The notes beneath the pieces were generated by a model. It searched no databases. It was given only the letters and a program-made list of their open reading frames with translations, and was not told where the DNA came from. Source: Candidatus Moraniibacteriota bacterium (GTDB lineage Bacteria > Patescibacteriota > Minisyncoccia > Moranbacterales > UBA1568). From it: a DNA stretch of 64,000 nt. Shown piece after piece: positions 1-9,847 of the stretch. The stretch's first letter is position 1. Each line of letters begins with the position of its first letter. The position numbers and the translations under genes were made by a program. Location: contig JAHFOO010000004.1 in the NCBI GenBank assembly GCA_023261645.1, positions 4,486 to 68,485 on the forward strand, in the 5' to 3' direction.

Positions 1-4
1 CTCT

Positions 5-2122
5 GTGACAGCATTTATTCTGGCATACTATCTCCTCCTTAGTCATTTCACGGCCAAGCGTTTCTATCTTATGTTCTGGTCATTTCTCCTCTCCGGTTTC
101 CTTGTGGCTATCTGGAGTTTTTTGGTTCTGATGAAAATACCTTTTCTTCCTGCCAGCTGGGAGAGACACGCGCCGATCAGTCTTCTTGGTACCGTTTCGA
201 ACTTGGGTATATTCCTCGGCATTTTGGTACCTCTTTTTCTCACAGGGGTTTTCGTTCTGTGGCAAAATGAACACATCAAGAAAGCACACCGCTTGATACT
301 GACGACACTGCTTCTCATCGGTATTGTGTTGACACTGTTTTCACTTTTGGCTCTGTATGCGTTCGTCTCTTGGATTGTGGTATTAGGCGGACTCAGCCTC
401 TTCTTGGTATACATCCTCGCGCAGATCGTGCGACCGAAAGAACAATGGGTGTGGCTACCGATGGTTGTTTTTGTCGTCGTCCTGGCATTCCTTATGATCG
501 GGAATTATGGTTCGGGATTGGTGAGGACGACACTTCCGGTAGAAGTCACTCCCAATGCGACACTTTCCTGGCAGATCGCCAAGGACACTGTCAAGGAGCA
601 TTTCTTCGCCGGTGTCGGTGCGGCTGATTATGGATATGCATTTTCGATGTTCCGTTCAGAGGGATATAATTTGAATGCACTCTACACACTTCGTTTTTAT
701 CAGGGGACAGGATTGTTCTTCGAAGCCCTTCCGACGATCGGTGTCGTAGGGACGGTGCTTTTCCTCGTACTGTGGCTTTCTTTTATTTCAGTCGGCCTCT
801 ATCTCTTGTCATATGAGAAAAACCGGAACAAAATTTATTCTCTCGGACTGTGGTCTGTAGCACTGATGCTGTTCCTCGCAAGTTTCGTATCCGCGGTGAG
901 TGGATCGCTCCTCGTCATAGGGACACTCTTGGCGACGCTGGCTCTCGGGACAGTGCTCTGGGAAAGCGGTTCTGAAGAACGGTACCTCAATCTATCACTC
1001 AAGGCGGCGCCAAAATTCGCCTTGGCACTCGCATTTATCTTTATGGTGGTGTCGGCCGGCGTTGCCTTCGTGTTTGTGTTTATGGGAAAGGTGTTTGTTG
1101 CGGATGTGAAAGCTGGTAAGGCCGTCAGTCTTTCAGCAGTGAATCCGAGCAAAGATTCGATAGATTTGCTCGCAAGTGCTATCAATATCTATCCGCAGGA
1201 AGGCCGTTATTACACTCGTTTGGCTCAAGGATATATGGCTTTGGCAAATCTTGAAGCAGGTAAACCTGTAGAAGAAAGAAATGTTGATACGATAGCTGCT
1301 TATGTCCGTGAGGCGATCAGAGTCGGAGAACAAGGAAAACAAATTATGCCAAATGATGTTATGCAGGTGGAGTCTCTGGGCCTCATTTATGAGAATGCTA
1401 GTCTCTATGCGAGCGATGCACTTCCGAGAGCGGCAGATTTGTACACGCGTGCCTTGGAACTTGAACCGACCAATCCTCTTTATTCAGTGAAGCTCGGTCA
1501 GATCAAGAAACTCGCCGCCGATGGAAAACCTGAAGGTGCAGAGCGTGATGGTTTGTACAAGGAAGCCAAAGATCTCTTTCAGAAAGCTATCGATCAGAAA
1601 CAAGATCTTGCCGTGGCGTACTACAATCTCGCTATCGTAGAATCTCATCTGAAGAATTTGGACGGGGCGGTGGAGAAGGCCAAGCAGGCATTGGCTTTCG
1701 ACCGAAGCAATATGAATTACGCATACAACCTCGGCATCCTGTATCAGTTGAGGGATAATGATGGAGACAAGGAACTTGCAGAAAAACTCTTCAAAGATAT
1801 TTTGGCAAGCAATGAAAAGCTTATCGATGTCCGTCTCAGTCTCGGGTTGCTCTATGAGGGGATGGGTAAGAAAGACACCGCTATCGAACAATACAATAAG
1901 ATATTGGGATTTCTGCCCGATGACGGAAGTGATAGTGTGAACAAAACACGCGATCAGATCAAGAAGCTTATCGACAATGTCAAAAGTGGTGTAGGAAATC
2001 TCACCAAGAAAACAGCTCCTGTTTCAGCGGAGGTAGCACCGGTCGCTTTACCGACGCAAACCCCGACTCTCGAGTCACCGGTCGCCCCTATCGGAGCACC
2101 GATTCCTGGTGCCGGACAGTAG
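5..2122 (+). CDS. 5'-truncated polytopic membrane protein, O-antigen ligase (Wzy_C)-like N-terminal region with C-terminal TPR-repeat domain
   Basis: ORF runs from window edge; ~12 predicted TM helices followed by repeated TPR-like A/Y/L-rich 34-aa units; hairpin+T-run terminator directly downstream. Confidence 0.55.
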   Translation: MTAFILAYYLLLSHFTAKRFYLMFWSFLLSGFLVAIWSFLVLMKIPFLPASWERHAPISLLGTVSNLGIFLGILVPLFLTGVFVLWQNEHIKKAHRLILTTLLLIGIVLTLFSLLALYAFVSWIVVLGGLSLFLVYILAQIVRPKEQWVWLPMVVFVVVLAFLMIGNYGSGLVRTTLPVEVTPNATLSWQIAKDTVKEHFFAGVGAADYGYAFSMFRSEGYNLNALYTLRFYQGTGLFFEALPTIGVVGTVLFLVLWLSFISVGLYLLSYEKNRNKIYSLGLWSVALMLFLASFVSAVSGSLLVIGTLLATLALGTVLWESGSEERYLNLSLKAAPKFALALAFIFMVVSAGVAFVFVFMGKVFVADVKAGKAVSLSAVNPSKDSIDLLASAINIYPQEGRYYTRLAQGYMALANLEAGKPVEERNVDTIAAYVREAIRVGEQGKQIMPNDVMQVESLGLIYENASLYASDALPRAADLYTRALELEPTNPLYSVKLGQIKKLAADGKPEGAERDGLYKEAKDLFQKAIDQKQDLAVAYYNLAIVESHLKNLDGAVEKAKQALAFDRSNMNYAYNLGILYQLRDNDGDKELAEKLFKDILASNEKLIDVRLSLGLLYEGMGKKDTAIEQYNKILGFLPDDGSDSVNKTRDQIKKLIDNVKSGVGNLTKKTAPVSAEVAPVALPTQTPTLESPVAPIGAPIPGAGQ

Positions 2123-2139
2123 CCAGAAAAGAGAGTGTA

Positions 2140-2178
2140 AAAGACCTCCTATTTGCGAGGTCTTTTGCTTCTTTTGAG
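2140..2178 (+). terminator. rho-independent terminator of upstream membrane/TPR gene
   Basis: hairpin aagacctc...gaggtctt followed by T-rich tract. Confidence 0.5.
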
Positions 2179-2239
2179 GGACATCTTTGTCTTGTATGAG
2201 GACTCACAAATGACGTAACAAGGTATGATGCACGCGGAC

Positions 2240-2268
2240 TTGACAAGCTTTTGGATACTCTGTAAGAT
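2240..2268 (+). promoter_or_regulatory. candidate sigma70 promoter of the 23S-5S rRNA unit (TTGACA-N17-TAAGAT), about 500 nt upstream of mature 23S
   Basis: near-consensus -35/-10 with 17-nt spacer in the 640-nt noncoding leader. Confidence 0.4.
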
Positions 2269-3256
2269 GGATAGTACGAATTGAGAAAGTGCTTCGGAGT
2301 ACTTTTTTCTTTTCCAGGGTGTTTTTTTATTGTCTAGAGAAGTGAGTGAAGAGAAAATTTATTTTCACTTCCGAACGATTGACGACATCAAGGAGTCCTA
2401 CTCCTTATTACCGATAATATTGTCAAAGAGTACCAAAGAAATTCTGAAGAAATGTTTGTTACTCTTTTCTTTTTTGTGAAAAGAGCGATACACATTTCCG
2501 CAGAAGTGCCTTAACAATTTATGTCTTTTTCAAAGGGGTCACCGATTGCCTGGCAGCGGAAAGCAATCCGATTTTTTTGAGATAGTCTAAATAATGTATG
2601 TATACCTGCGCACTTTTTATCCAAAGTGCAAGGTAGAAAAGGTCAAGCAAATTCAACGTAGAAAAAACAGTGCGTCGAATGCGCAAACATTCTTCACTGT
2701 TAACCGATTGTCCGTGAGAATTTTCTCTTCTGAGAGAATTTTTGCGGACAAGAGAAAAAAGAAGGTTACTTAACGCATGGTGTGGATGCCTTGACTGAAG
2801 CAAGCGATGAAGGACGTAGGAGGCTGCGATAAGCCTCGGGGAGCTGTCAACCAAGCTTTGATCCGGGGATTTCCGAATGGGGCAACCCTTCCACTTTTTA
2901 GTGGAAAACCGTATCTGAATTCATAGGATACGGTAGCGCACCCTGGGAATTGAAACATCTTAGTACCAGGAGGAAAAGAAATTAATAAAGATTCCGTAAG
3001 TAGTGGCGAGCGAACGCGGAATAGCCTAAACCACCGAGCTTGCTCGTGTGGGGTTGCAGGGCTTGTAGACTCGATTGATCGGGGTCGTCGTATTTCTGTT
3101 AGCAAAATGTTCTGGAAAGAACAACCAAAGAGGGTAATAGTCCCGTATGTGAAAACGAGAATACCACGATGTACAAGTACCTAAGTAGGGCGGGGCCGGA
3201 GAAACCCCGTTTGAATCTGGGAGCACTAACTTCCAAGGCTAAATATTGCTTCAGAT

Positions 3257-3293
<37 letters not shown>

Positions 3294-4721
3294 CATCCCG
3301 ATAAGGGAGATGAAATAGAACTGAAACTCCATGCTAACGAAGAGTCGGAGCCTTGTTCAATCAGGGTGACGGCGTGCTTTTTGCAGCACGATCCAACGAG
3401 TTAATTTTACGCGGCTGTCTAAGGGATGATGAGTTCCGGAGACATAGTGAAAGCGAGCCTGAATAGGGCGAAATAAGAGTCGCGTGGATTAGACCCGAAG
3501 CCAGACGAGCTACATATGAGCAGGGTGAAGCGTGGGTAAAACCACGTGGAGGCCCGCACCCACTTGCTGTGCAACTCAAGGGGATGACTTGTGTGTAGGG
3601 GAGAAATTCCAATCGAGTTTGGCAATAGCTGGTTCTCTCTGAAATAGCTTGAGGGCTAGCGTCTTGTAAATTGTACCCGAGGGGTAGAGCTACTGGATGA
3701 GAATTCGCGGCTTGCCGTAGGATTTTCAACCAAACTCCGAATACTCGCGGTATTTACCAAGGCAGTCAGTACTCCGGGGCTAAGCTCGGAGCACAAAAGG
3801 GAAAAAGCCCAGATCGTCAGCTAAGGTCCCAAAATCTGTATTAAGTGGGAAAGGAAGTGAAAACTCTTAGACACTTAGGAGGTTGGCTTAGAAGCAGCAA
3901 TCCTTTAAAGAGTGCGTAATAGCTCACTAATCTAGAGTTTTCGCGCCGACAATGTAACGGGGCTAAAATACAGTACCGAAGCTACGGACTGTATCGCAAG
4001 ATACAGTGGTAAGAGAGCGTTCCGTATGCGCTGAAGCAGAAGGGTGACCGACTGTGGAGCGTACGGAAGTGAGAATGTTGGAATGAGTAACCGCAATGAG
4101 GGTGAGAGCCCCTCACATCGAAAGTCTGAGGTTTCCTGGGCCATGGTGATCATCCCAGGGTTAGTCGGTCCTAAGGCCAGGCTGAAAAGCGTAGTCGATG
4201 GACATCAGGTTAATATTCCTGAACTATTTGTATATTCGAGGGAGAGACGCATCTCTGTACCTCTTGCCCCTTATTGGATTGGGGTTTGGTCTTCGAGGAC
4301 GTCGTACAGGCAAATCCGTACGGCACTAGTCCAATGGAGATTGACGAAGTTTCACCACGGTGAGATGAAGGAGAGGGAGCGGGGTGCCAGGAAAATCTTC
4401 TAAGGTTCGTATACAAATATCCGTACCGCAAACCGACACAGGTAGACTGGGCGAGTAGCCTAAGATGAACGGGAGAGAATTCGTTAAGGAACTCGGCAAA
4501 AAAGCTAGACGTAAGTTCGCAATATGTCTTGCCAACCGCTGAGGTTGGCCGCAGCAAAAGTTTTCCAAGCAACTGTTTATCAAAAACACAAGTCTCTGCA
4601 AACCCGCAAGGGGAAGTATAGGGGCTGACACCTGACCAGTGCTGGAACGTTAACGGGAGCGGTGCAAGCCAATCCCCGAAGCGCCAGTGAACGTCGGCGA
4701 TAACTATAATCGTCCTAAGGT

Positions 4722-4979
4722 TTCGAAACGCTCGCAAGAGAGTTTCGAAAGGACTGGGACGATTGTAGGAAGTGTGATAAATAGAAAAGAAGAGCTGCTT
4801 CGTTCTGTAGTAATATAGAACAGGTCCTAAAAAAATACATGGCCATATGCTGGAAATCTGCTTTGCAGACAATCAGCAGGAAAGATCCTACTTGGTAGGA
4901 AATCCTCAGAGACTATATGCCATGCTCCTATAATAAAATATAGGATGAAGATAGAGTCCTTCGCCGAAAAGGAGCGAAA
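4722..4979 (+). mobile_element. ORF-less insertion (putative group I intron) in 23S between CCUAAGGU and AGCGAAAUUCC (E. coli ~1931 region)
   Basis: ~258 nt with no counterpart in the conserved 23S core; upstream exon ends in U as expected for a group I 5' splice site. Confidence 0.5.
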
Positions 4980-5020
4980 AGCGAAATTCCTTGTCAGGTA
5001 AATTGTCAGAATTGCCTGAA

Positions 5021-5740
5021 TATCGTGGTAACATGATATAAGTAACCCGGCTTATAACGGTGGAGCCTAACACTTGTTGAAACAAGTTATGGTAATACCG
5101 TGGGAAGTCCCCTGAGAGACATTCGAAGGGTGACCCCGTAACGACTGATGCGAAAGCAGAGGCCCCCGCCTATTGCGCGGAGGCAACACGCCGGCTCTTA
5201 TCTAACCCAAAAGAAACATATGGATTTTGCCTCTTACATTTCCGGTTTTGTAGATGGTGAAGGATGCTTTAGTGTATCTTTTACTCTTCGTGCAAAACTG
5301 AAGACAGGAATAGAGGTTCGACCGAGTTTTTCGATCGGACAGAATAAGCGCAGTCTGAAGCTGTTACAAGAAATAGAACAGTTTTTCCGATGCGGGAGTA
5401 TACGCTTTTCGTCACGTGATAATTGCTATAAGTATGAAACACGCGATATAAGCGAGCTCATGCGGAAAATTATTCCGCATTTCGAAAAATTCCCTCTTCA
5501 GTCAGATAAAGCGAGAGATTTCAAAATTTTTCGTGATATATGCAAAGAGATATCTACTGCAAAACATCTCAATCCAGAGCATTTGAGACAGATTATTCAT
5601 CTGGCTTATCAAATGAATGGGTCGGGAAAGAGGAAATATCCGGAAGCAGAACTCCTACGTGTTCTGGATAAGATGAAGATATAGTCTAATGAAGCGTGAA
5701 AACGTGAGATAATATAAATGAAGTTCTGACGCGCATGAAA
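5021..5740 (+). mobile_element. group I-type intron in 23S (E. coli ~1951 region, CACGAAU|GGCGUAAUGA) carrying a LAGLIDADG homing endonuclease ORF
   Basis: ~720-nt insertion; flanking exon sequence restores ...CCTGAAT|GGTGTAATGA matching the conserved 23S; boundaries +/-5 nt. Confidence 0.6.
5220..5684 (+). CDS. single-motif LAGLIDADG homing endonuclease encoded inside the 23S intron
   Basis: MDFASYISGFVDGEGCF... LAGLIDADG-type motif, basic C-terminal region; ORF lies wholly inside the rRNA insertion. Confidence 0.8.
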   Translation: MDFASYISGFVDGEGCFSVSFTLRAKLKTGIEVRPSFSIGQNKRSLKLLQEIEQFFRCGSIRFSSRDNCYKYETRDISELMRKIIPHFEKFPLQSDKARDFKIFRDICKEISTAKHLNPEHLRQIIHLAYQMNGSGKRKYPEAELLRVLDKMKI

Positions 5741-6005
5741 GGTGTAATGACTTGGAAACTGTCTCAACGAACATCCCGGTGAAATTGCAATGACGGTAAA
5801 GATGCCGTCGACCTACAGCTAGACGAAAAGACCCCATGGAGCTTTACTATAACTTGGTATTGACTTAAAGTTTTTGCTGCCGAGCATAGGTGGGAGACTA
5901 TGAAGCACCCCTTCTGGGGGGTGTGGAGTCATCACTGGAATACCACTCTGCAGAGATTTTAATTCTAACCCACGGCCGTAATCCGGTCGGGGGACAGTGC
6001 CTGGT

Positions 6006-6037
<32 letters not shown>

Positions 6038-6259
6038 GTGCAACGGAGGCGTTTACAAAGGTTCTCTAGGTCCGGATGGAAATCGGACCGATAGCGCAAA
6101 AGCATAAGAGAGCTTTACTGAAAGACCGATCAGTCGATCAGTTACGAAAGTAGAATTTAGTGAACCGACCATTACTCGTAGGAGTGTGGAAGATCATCAG
6201 ATAAAAGTTACCCTGGGGATAACAGGCTGATCTTGCCCAAGAGTCCATATCGACGGCAA

Positions 6260-6297
<38 letters not shown>

Positions 6298-6507
6298 GTG
6301 GAGAAGCTCCCAAGGGTTTGGCTGTTCGCCAATTAAAGTGGTACGTGAGCTGGGTTCAAACCGTCGTGAGACAGGTTGGTTTCCTATCTGCTGTAGGCGT
6401 GTGTTGCTTGAGAGAACTCTTTCCTAGTACGAGAGGACCGGAAAGAACGAACCTCTGGTGTATCTGCTGTTCCGCCAGGAGCATCGCAGAGTAGCTACGT
6501 TCGGGTA

Positions 6508-6540
<33 letters not shown>

Positions 6541-6849
6541 AAGCTCAAGATAAGGCAACAGTATCAGTTTACTGATACAAGATTTCCTAGAAGATTACTA
6601 GGTTGATAGGCTGCAGATGTAAGTCCCGAGAGGGATTCAGTCAAGCAGTACTAATAAATTTATTCAACTTTCTTTTTTCTAATCTTGTTTTATTCTCGCA
6701 AGAGAGTAAAGTGAGTTACGGTTAGCAGTGAAGAGTGCTTGAAAATGGGGACACAACAACATTATAAATTAGACGACAATTTGGAGGCCCGCCTGCAACG
6801 CTATGCGTAGCATTGCGGGCAGGGGAATCCAATACATTTTTGAGAGCAG

Positions 6850-6966
6850 AGTATCCGGTGCTTCTAGCGAAGTGGAAACACCTGATTCCATACCGAACTC
6901 AGCAGTTAAGCACTTCAGCACCGATGGTAGCCTTCAGTGGCAAGAGTAGGACAGTGCCGGGTACTC
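6850..6966 (+). rRNA. rrf: 5S ribosomal RNA
   Basis: CCGAACTCAGCAGTTAAGC...GATGGTAGC...AGAGTAGGACAGTGCCGGG conserved 5S core about 180 nt after 23S 3' end; ends approximate. Confidence 0.8.
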
Positions 6967-6992
6967 TGAACTCAAAAATGTAACGGGGCAGG

Positions 6993-7055
6993 CTCAGCAG
7001 TTAAGCACTTCAGCACCGATGGTAGCCTTCAGTGGCAAGAGTAGGACAGTGCCGG
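6993..7055 (+). repeat. 63-nt perfect direct duplicate of the 3' two-thirds of the 5S rRNA (truncated 5S pseudo-copy)
   Basis: 6898-6960 is identical to 6993-7055. Confidence 0.85.
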
Positions 7056-7331
7056 GAACATTCCTCTTCAAAATTTTTCAAAAATTACAAAATACAATCT
7101 GAACAAGGTTGTTTTTTTGTTCTTGTTTTTGAGAAATGGAAAAATTTTTTGATCACAAGCAATCTTCCTGGGAGCCATTCATTCACCCAGCGGTGAATTT
7201 CTCTTATGGACTTTTTTCGATCCGTCGAAACGACGGCACCGTGCTCGAAAAAACTTCAACTCTCCCAGAAAGATTCTTGCGACAAAAAATTTCAGCAGAG
7301 ACAAAAGATTGCTTTTGCTTAGAAAATACAC

Positions 7332-7363
7332 TGACTCAATAGCGAGACAGAAGTATGCTATAA
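7332..7363 (+). promoter_or_regulatory. candidate promoter with extended -10 (TGcTATAAT) for the 7417 gene
   Basis: TGCTATAAT at 7355-7363; weak -35. Confidence 0.35.
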
Positions 7364-7416
7364 TAGAAATAATATACCCGCTGATAGAGGTGGGATTGAT
7401 AAATTTTTCTACAACT

Positions 7417-8259
7417 ATGTCTCGACAAATGAAGCAGATTTTCGTCGTATGCGTGTATCTTATTCTCGCAACGCTTCTCGGTGTGATGGTGTATTATGCC
7501 TTTATCAAAGCTCCGGCGACCTGTTTTGATGGAAAGCAGAATCAGAATGAACAGGGAATGGATTGTGGCGGAGTGTGCTCTCTCGCGTGCAAAGAAATCG
7601 TGACCGGCGATGAGATACAATTCCAGGAAACGGCATTCATTCGGAGCAGTGAGAATCGGTACGATGTCATAGGGAAGATTCACAATCCGAACAGTGAAGT
7701 CGGAGCGACTTCATTCACGTATACAGCATCGCTTTTGGACAGTGCCGGGAAGATACTGGTGACACATTCAGGTACCGGATACATTTTACCATTGGAAACG
7801 AAATATATTCTTGATCTCAATTTGGATACACCTGTCGTTCCCGCTACTGTTTCTATTCATCTGAGTGATGTACAGTGGGTACGTTTTTCAGGATATCAGG
7901 AGAAACCGGCCGTGAGCATCTATCAGAAGCGTTATAATGAGATTTCTTCCGGTACCGGCTTCAGCGAAGCGTTCGGACTTCTTTCCAATGAGAGCCCGTA
8001 TGATTTTCGATCGCTTACTGTGCAGGTTATCTTGCGTGATAGTGCGGGGAAACCACTCGCCCTCAATTCGACTGAGATGAACACCGTGCGTTCTCATGAA
8101 AATCGCGATTTCCGTTTGGTGTGGCCGAGCGTCTTCCCTGGAGCAGTGGAAAATGTCGAGATGGTCGTAGATGCGGATGTCTATCATTCTGAGAATTTCA
8201 TTCAGCAGTATTTTCCTGGAGGGAAATTTCAGGATATCACTCCGGCACGGGGGTATTAG
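7417..8259 (+). CDS. hypothetical N-terminally membrane-anchored protein with Cys-rich segment
   Basis: ORF with TM helix after start (MSRQMKQIFVVCVYLILATLLG); no recognisable domain; directly upstream of ftsW/rodA. Confidence 0.5.
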   Translation: MSRQMKQIFVVCVYLILATLLGVMVYYAFIKAPATCFDGKQNQNEQGMDCGGVCSLACKEIVTGDEIQFQETAFIRSSENRYDVIGKIHNPNSEVGATSFTYTASLLDSAGKILVTHSGTGYILPLETKYILDLNLDTPVVPATVSIHLSDVQWVRFSGYQEKPAVSIYQKRYNEISSGTGFSEAFGLLSNESPYDFRSLTVQVILRDSAGKPLALNSTEMNTVRSHENRDFRLVWPSVFPGAVENVEMVVDADVYHSENFIQQYFPGGKFQDITPARGY

Positions 8260-8319
8260 AAAAATAAAAAATATATTTTTGAAAGTGGTGCTCGGAGAAT
8301 TTTCTAATTTTCAAGGACT

Positions 8320-9438
8320 GTGTTTCGATTTTTTTTCAAATTTGATTCCGTATTGGTTGCGGTGACACTGCTTCTTCTGGGAGTGAGTCTGCTTACTCTG
8401 TACAGTTTGTCGGTCGCTTCAGGAACGGATTATTTTCTGAAACAGACTATTTTTGCTACGCTCGGTCTGATGAGTATGTTTTTGGTGGGTTTCTTGGATT
8501 ATCGACATATACAGAAATATAGTACAGCACTTTACTTTTTGACGATTTTTATCCTTTCTCTTGTGCTCATATTTGGTACGACGGTTCGTGGTACGGCAGG
8601 CTGGCTTTCTTTCGGTATATTTCAGATACAGCCGGTCGAGATTGCAAAAGTGACATTGGTCATATTCTTGGCCAGTTTCATTTCCAAGAAAAAATCAGAA
8701 TTGGGTGAATGGACCCGGGTTATCGCATCACTTGTCCTCTCTGCTGTACTTATTTTTTTGGTTTTGAAACAGCCGGATTTGGGCTCGAGCTTGGTACTCG
8801 TCGCTATCTGGATCGGGATGATTCTGGCTTCCGGTTTACGGATGAAACATCTTCTTGTCTTGTCTCTCCTCGGCGCGACGCTTCTTTTCGGGAGCTGGTT
8901 TACGCTGGAGGGGTATCAGAAAGATCGTATCAATACATTCATTCATCCGGAATCTGATCCGCGTGGCAGTGGTTACAATGTCCTTCAGGCAATCGTGGCT
9001 GTGGGTTCTGGCGGGGTCTCTGGGAAGGGTATCGGGCATGGGTCGCAGTCACAGCTCAATTTTCTTCCTGAAAAGCACACAGATTTTATCTTTGCTGTTA
9101 TTGCCGAAGAACTCGGCCTTGTAGGAGCGTTCTTCGTGATAGGTCTGTATCTCATTCTCTTGTATCGTGTCAAACGGATCGGTGATACAGCGAGCGACAA
9201 CTTTGGATATTTGGTAGCTGTTGGGATAGTGGTGATGCTGTTTTCTCAAATCGTCATCAATATCGGAATGAATATCGGGCTACTTCCGGTGACAGGACTG
9301 CCGGCCCCGCTCCTCAGTTATGGAGGGAGTTCTCTCCTTTCCACACTCTTTTCCATCGGACTTCTTTTGAATATATATCACAGGAAAAAAGGCAACGAAG
9401 ATTTCCGTATTTCTCTCGAAAAAGAGACTATTGACTAA
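8320..9438 (+). CDS. ftsW: SEDS-family cell-wall polymerase FtsW/RodA
   Basis: 10-TM architecture, conserved FtsW/RodA C-terminal region (LPVTGLPAPLLSYGGSSLL). Confidence 0.85.
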   Translation: MFRFFFKFDSVLVAVTLLLLGVSLLTLYSLSVASGTDYFLKQTIFATLGLMSMFLVGFLDYRHIQKYSTALYFLTIFILSLVLIFGTTVRGTAGWLSFGIFQIQPVEIAKVTLVIFLASFISKKKSELGEWTRVIASLVLSAVLIFLVLKQPDLGSSLVLVAIWIGMILASGLRMKHLLVLSLLGATLLFGSWFTLEGYQKDRINTFIHPESDPRGSGYNVLQAIVAVGSGGVSGKGIGHGSQSQLNFLPEKHTDFIFAVIAEELGLVGAFFVIGLYLILLYRVKRIGDTASDNFGYLVAVGIVVMLFSQIVINIGMNIGLLPVTGLPAPLLSYGGSSLLSTLFSIGLLLNIYHRKKGNEDFRISLEKETID

Positions 9439-9520
9439 AATATTTAGTGTGTTCTTATATTTTTTCTCGATTGACGGAGACCGATCTTTTTGCTAGAATA
9501 AAAAGGTTTTAAAAGTATCT

Positions 9521-9559
9521 CTGCCTGTCATCCCTACGGCAGATAAACCGGTAGGCAGG
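9521..9559 (+). repeat. copy of dispersed GC-rich palindromic repeat (long form), followed by T-run; probable terminator of ftsW
   Basis: CTGCCTGTCATCCCTACGGCAGATAAACCGGTAGGCAGG then TTTTTT; same family at 42183 and 57480. Confidence 0.7.
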
Positions 9560-9586
9560 TTTTTTCTCTACTATTATATCAACTCT

Positions 9587-9811
9587 ATGAGAGCTCTTCT
9601 TATCGCTCAAGCTGTTGTCGCTATATTCCTTACCGTATCCATCCTTCTTCAGAATCGGGGATCTGGACTCGGAGGCGTTTTTGGTGGTGATTTTGGTGGC
9701 TATTACACCAAACGCGGTATGGAAAAGTTTCTCTTGTATGCTTCGGTATTGTTTGCTTTTATTTTTTTCGTCCTCGCTATTGTCAATGTTCGATTGGCGC
9801 TTAATTCTTAA
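9587..9811 (+). CDS. secG: preprotein translocase subunit SecG
   Basis: 74 aa, two TM segments, LLQNRGSGLGGVFGG motif typical of SecG. Confidence 0.8.
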   Translation: MRALLIAQAVVAIFLTVSILLQNRGSGLGGVFGGDFGGYYTKRGMEKFLLYASVLFAFIFFVLAIVNVRLALNS

Positions 9812-9847
9812 AATACGCGTATTCGTATCTTAGAATCCATTGCTATT

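Noticed and set aside
64-1891. Minus-strand ORFs (64-414, 835-1185, 1484-1891) within the first gene
   Set aside because: Antisense to a long ORF with coherent TM and TPR architecture.
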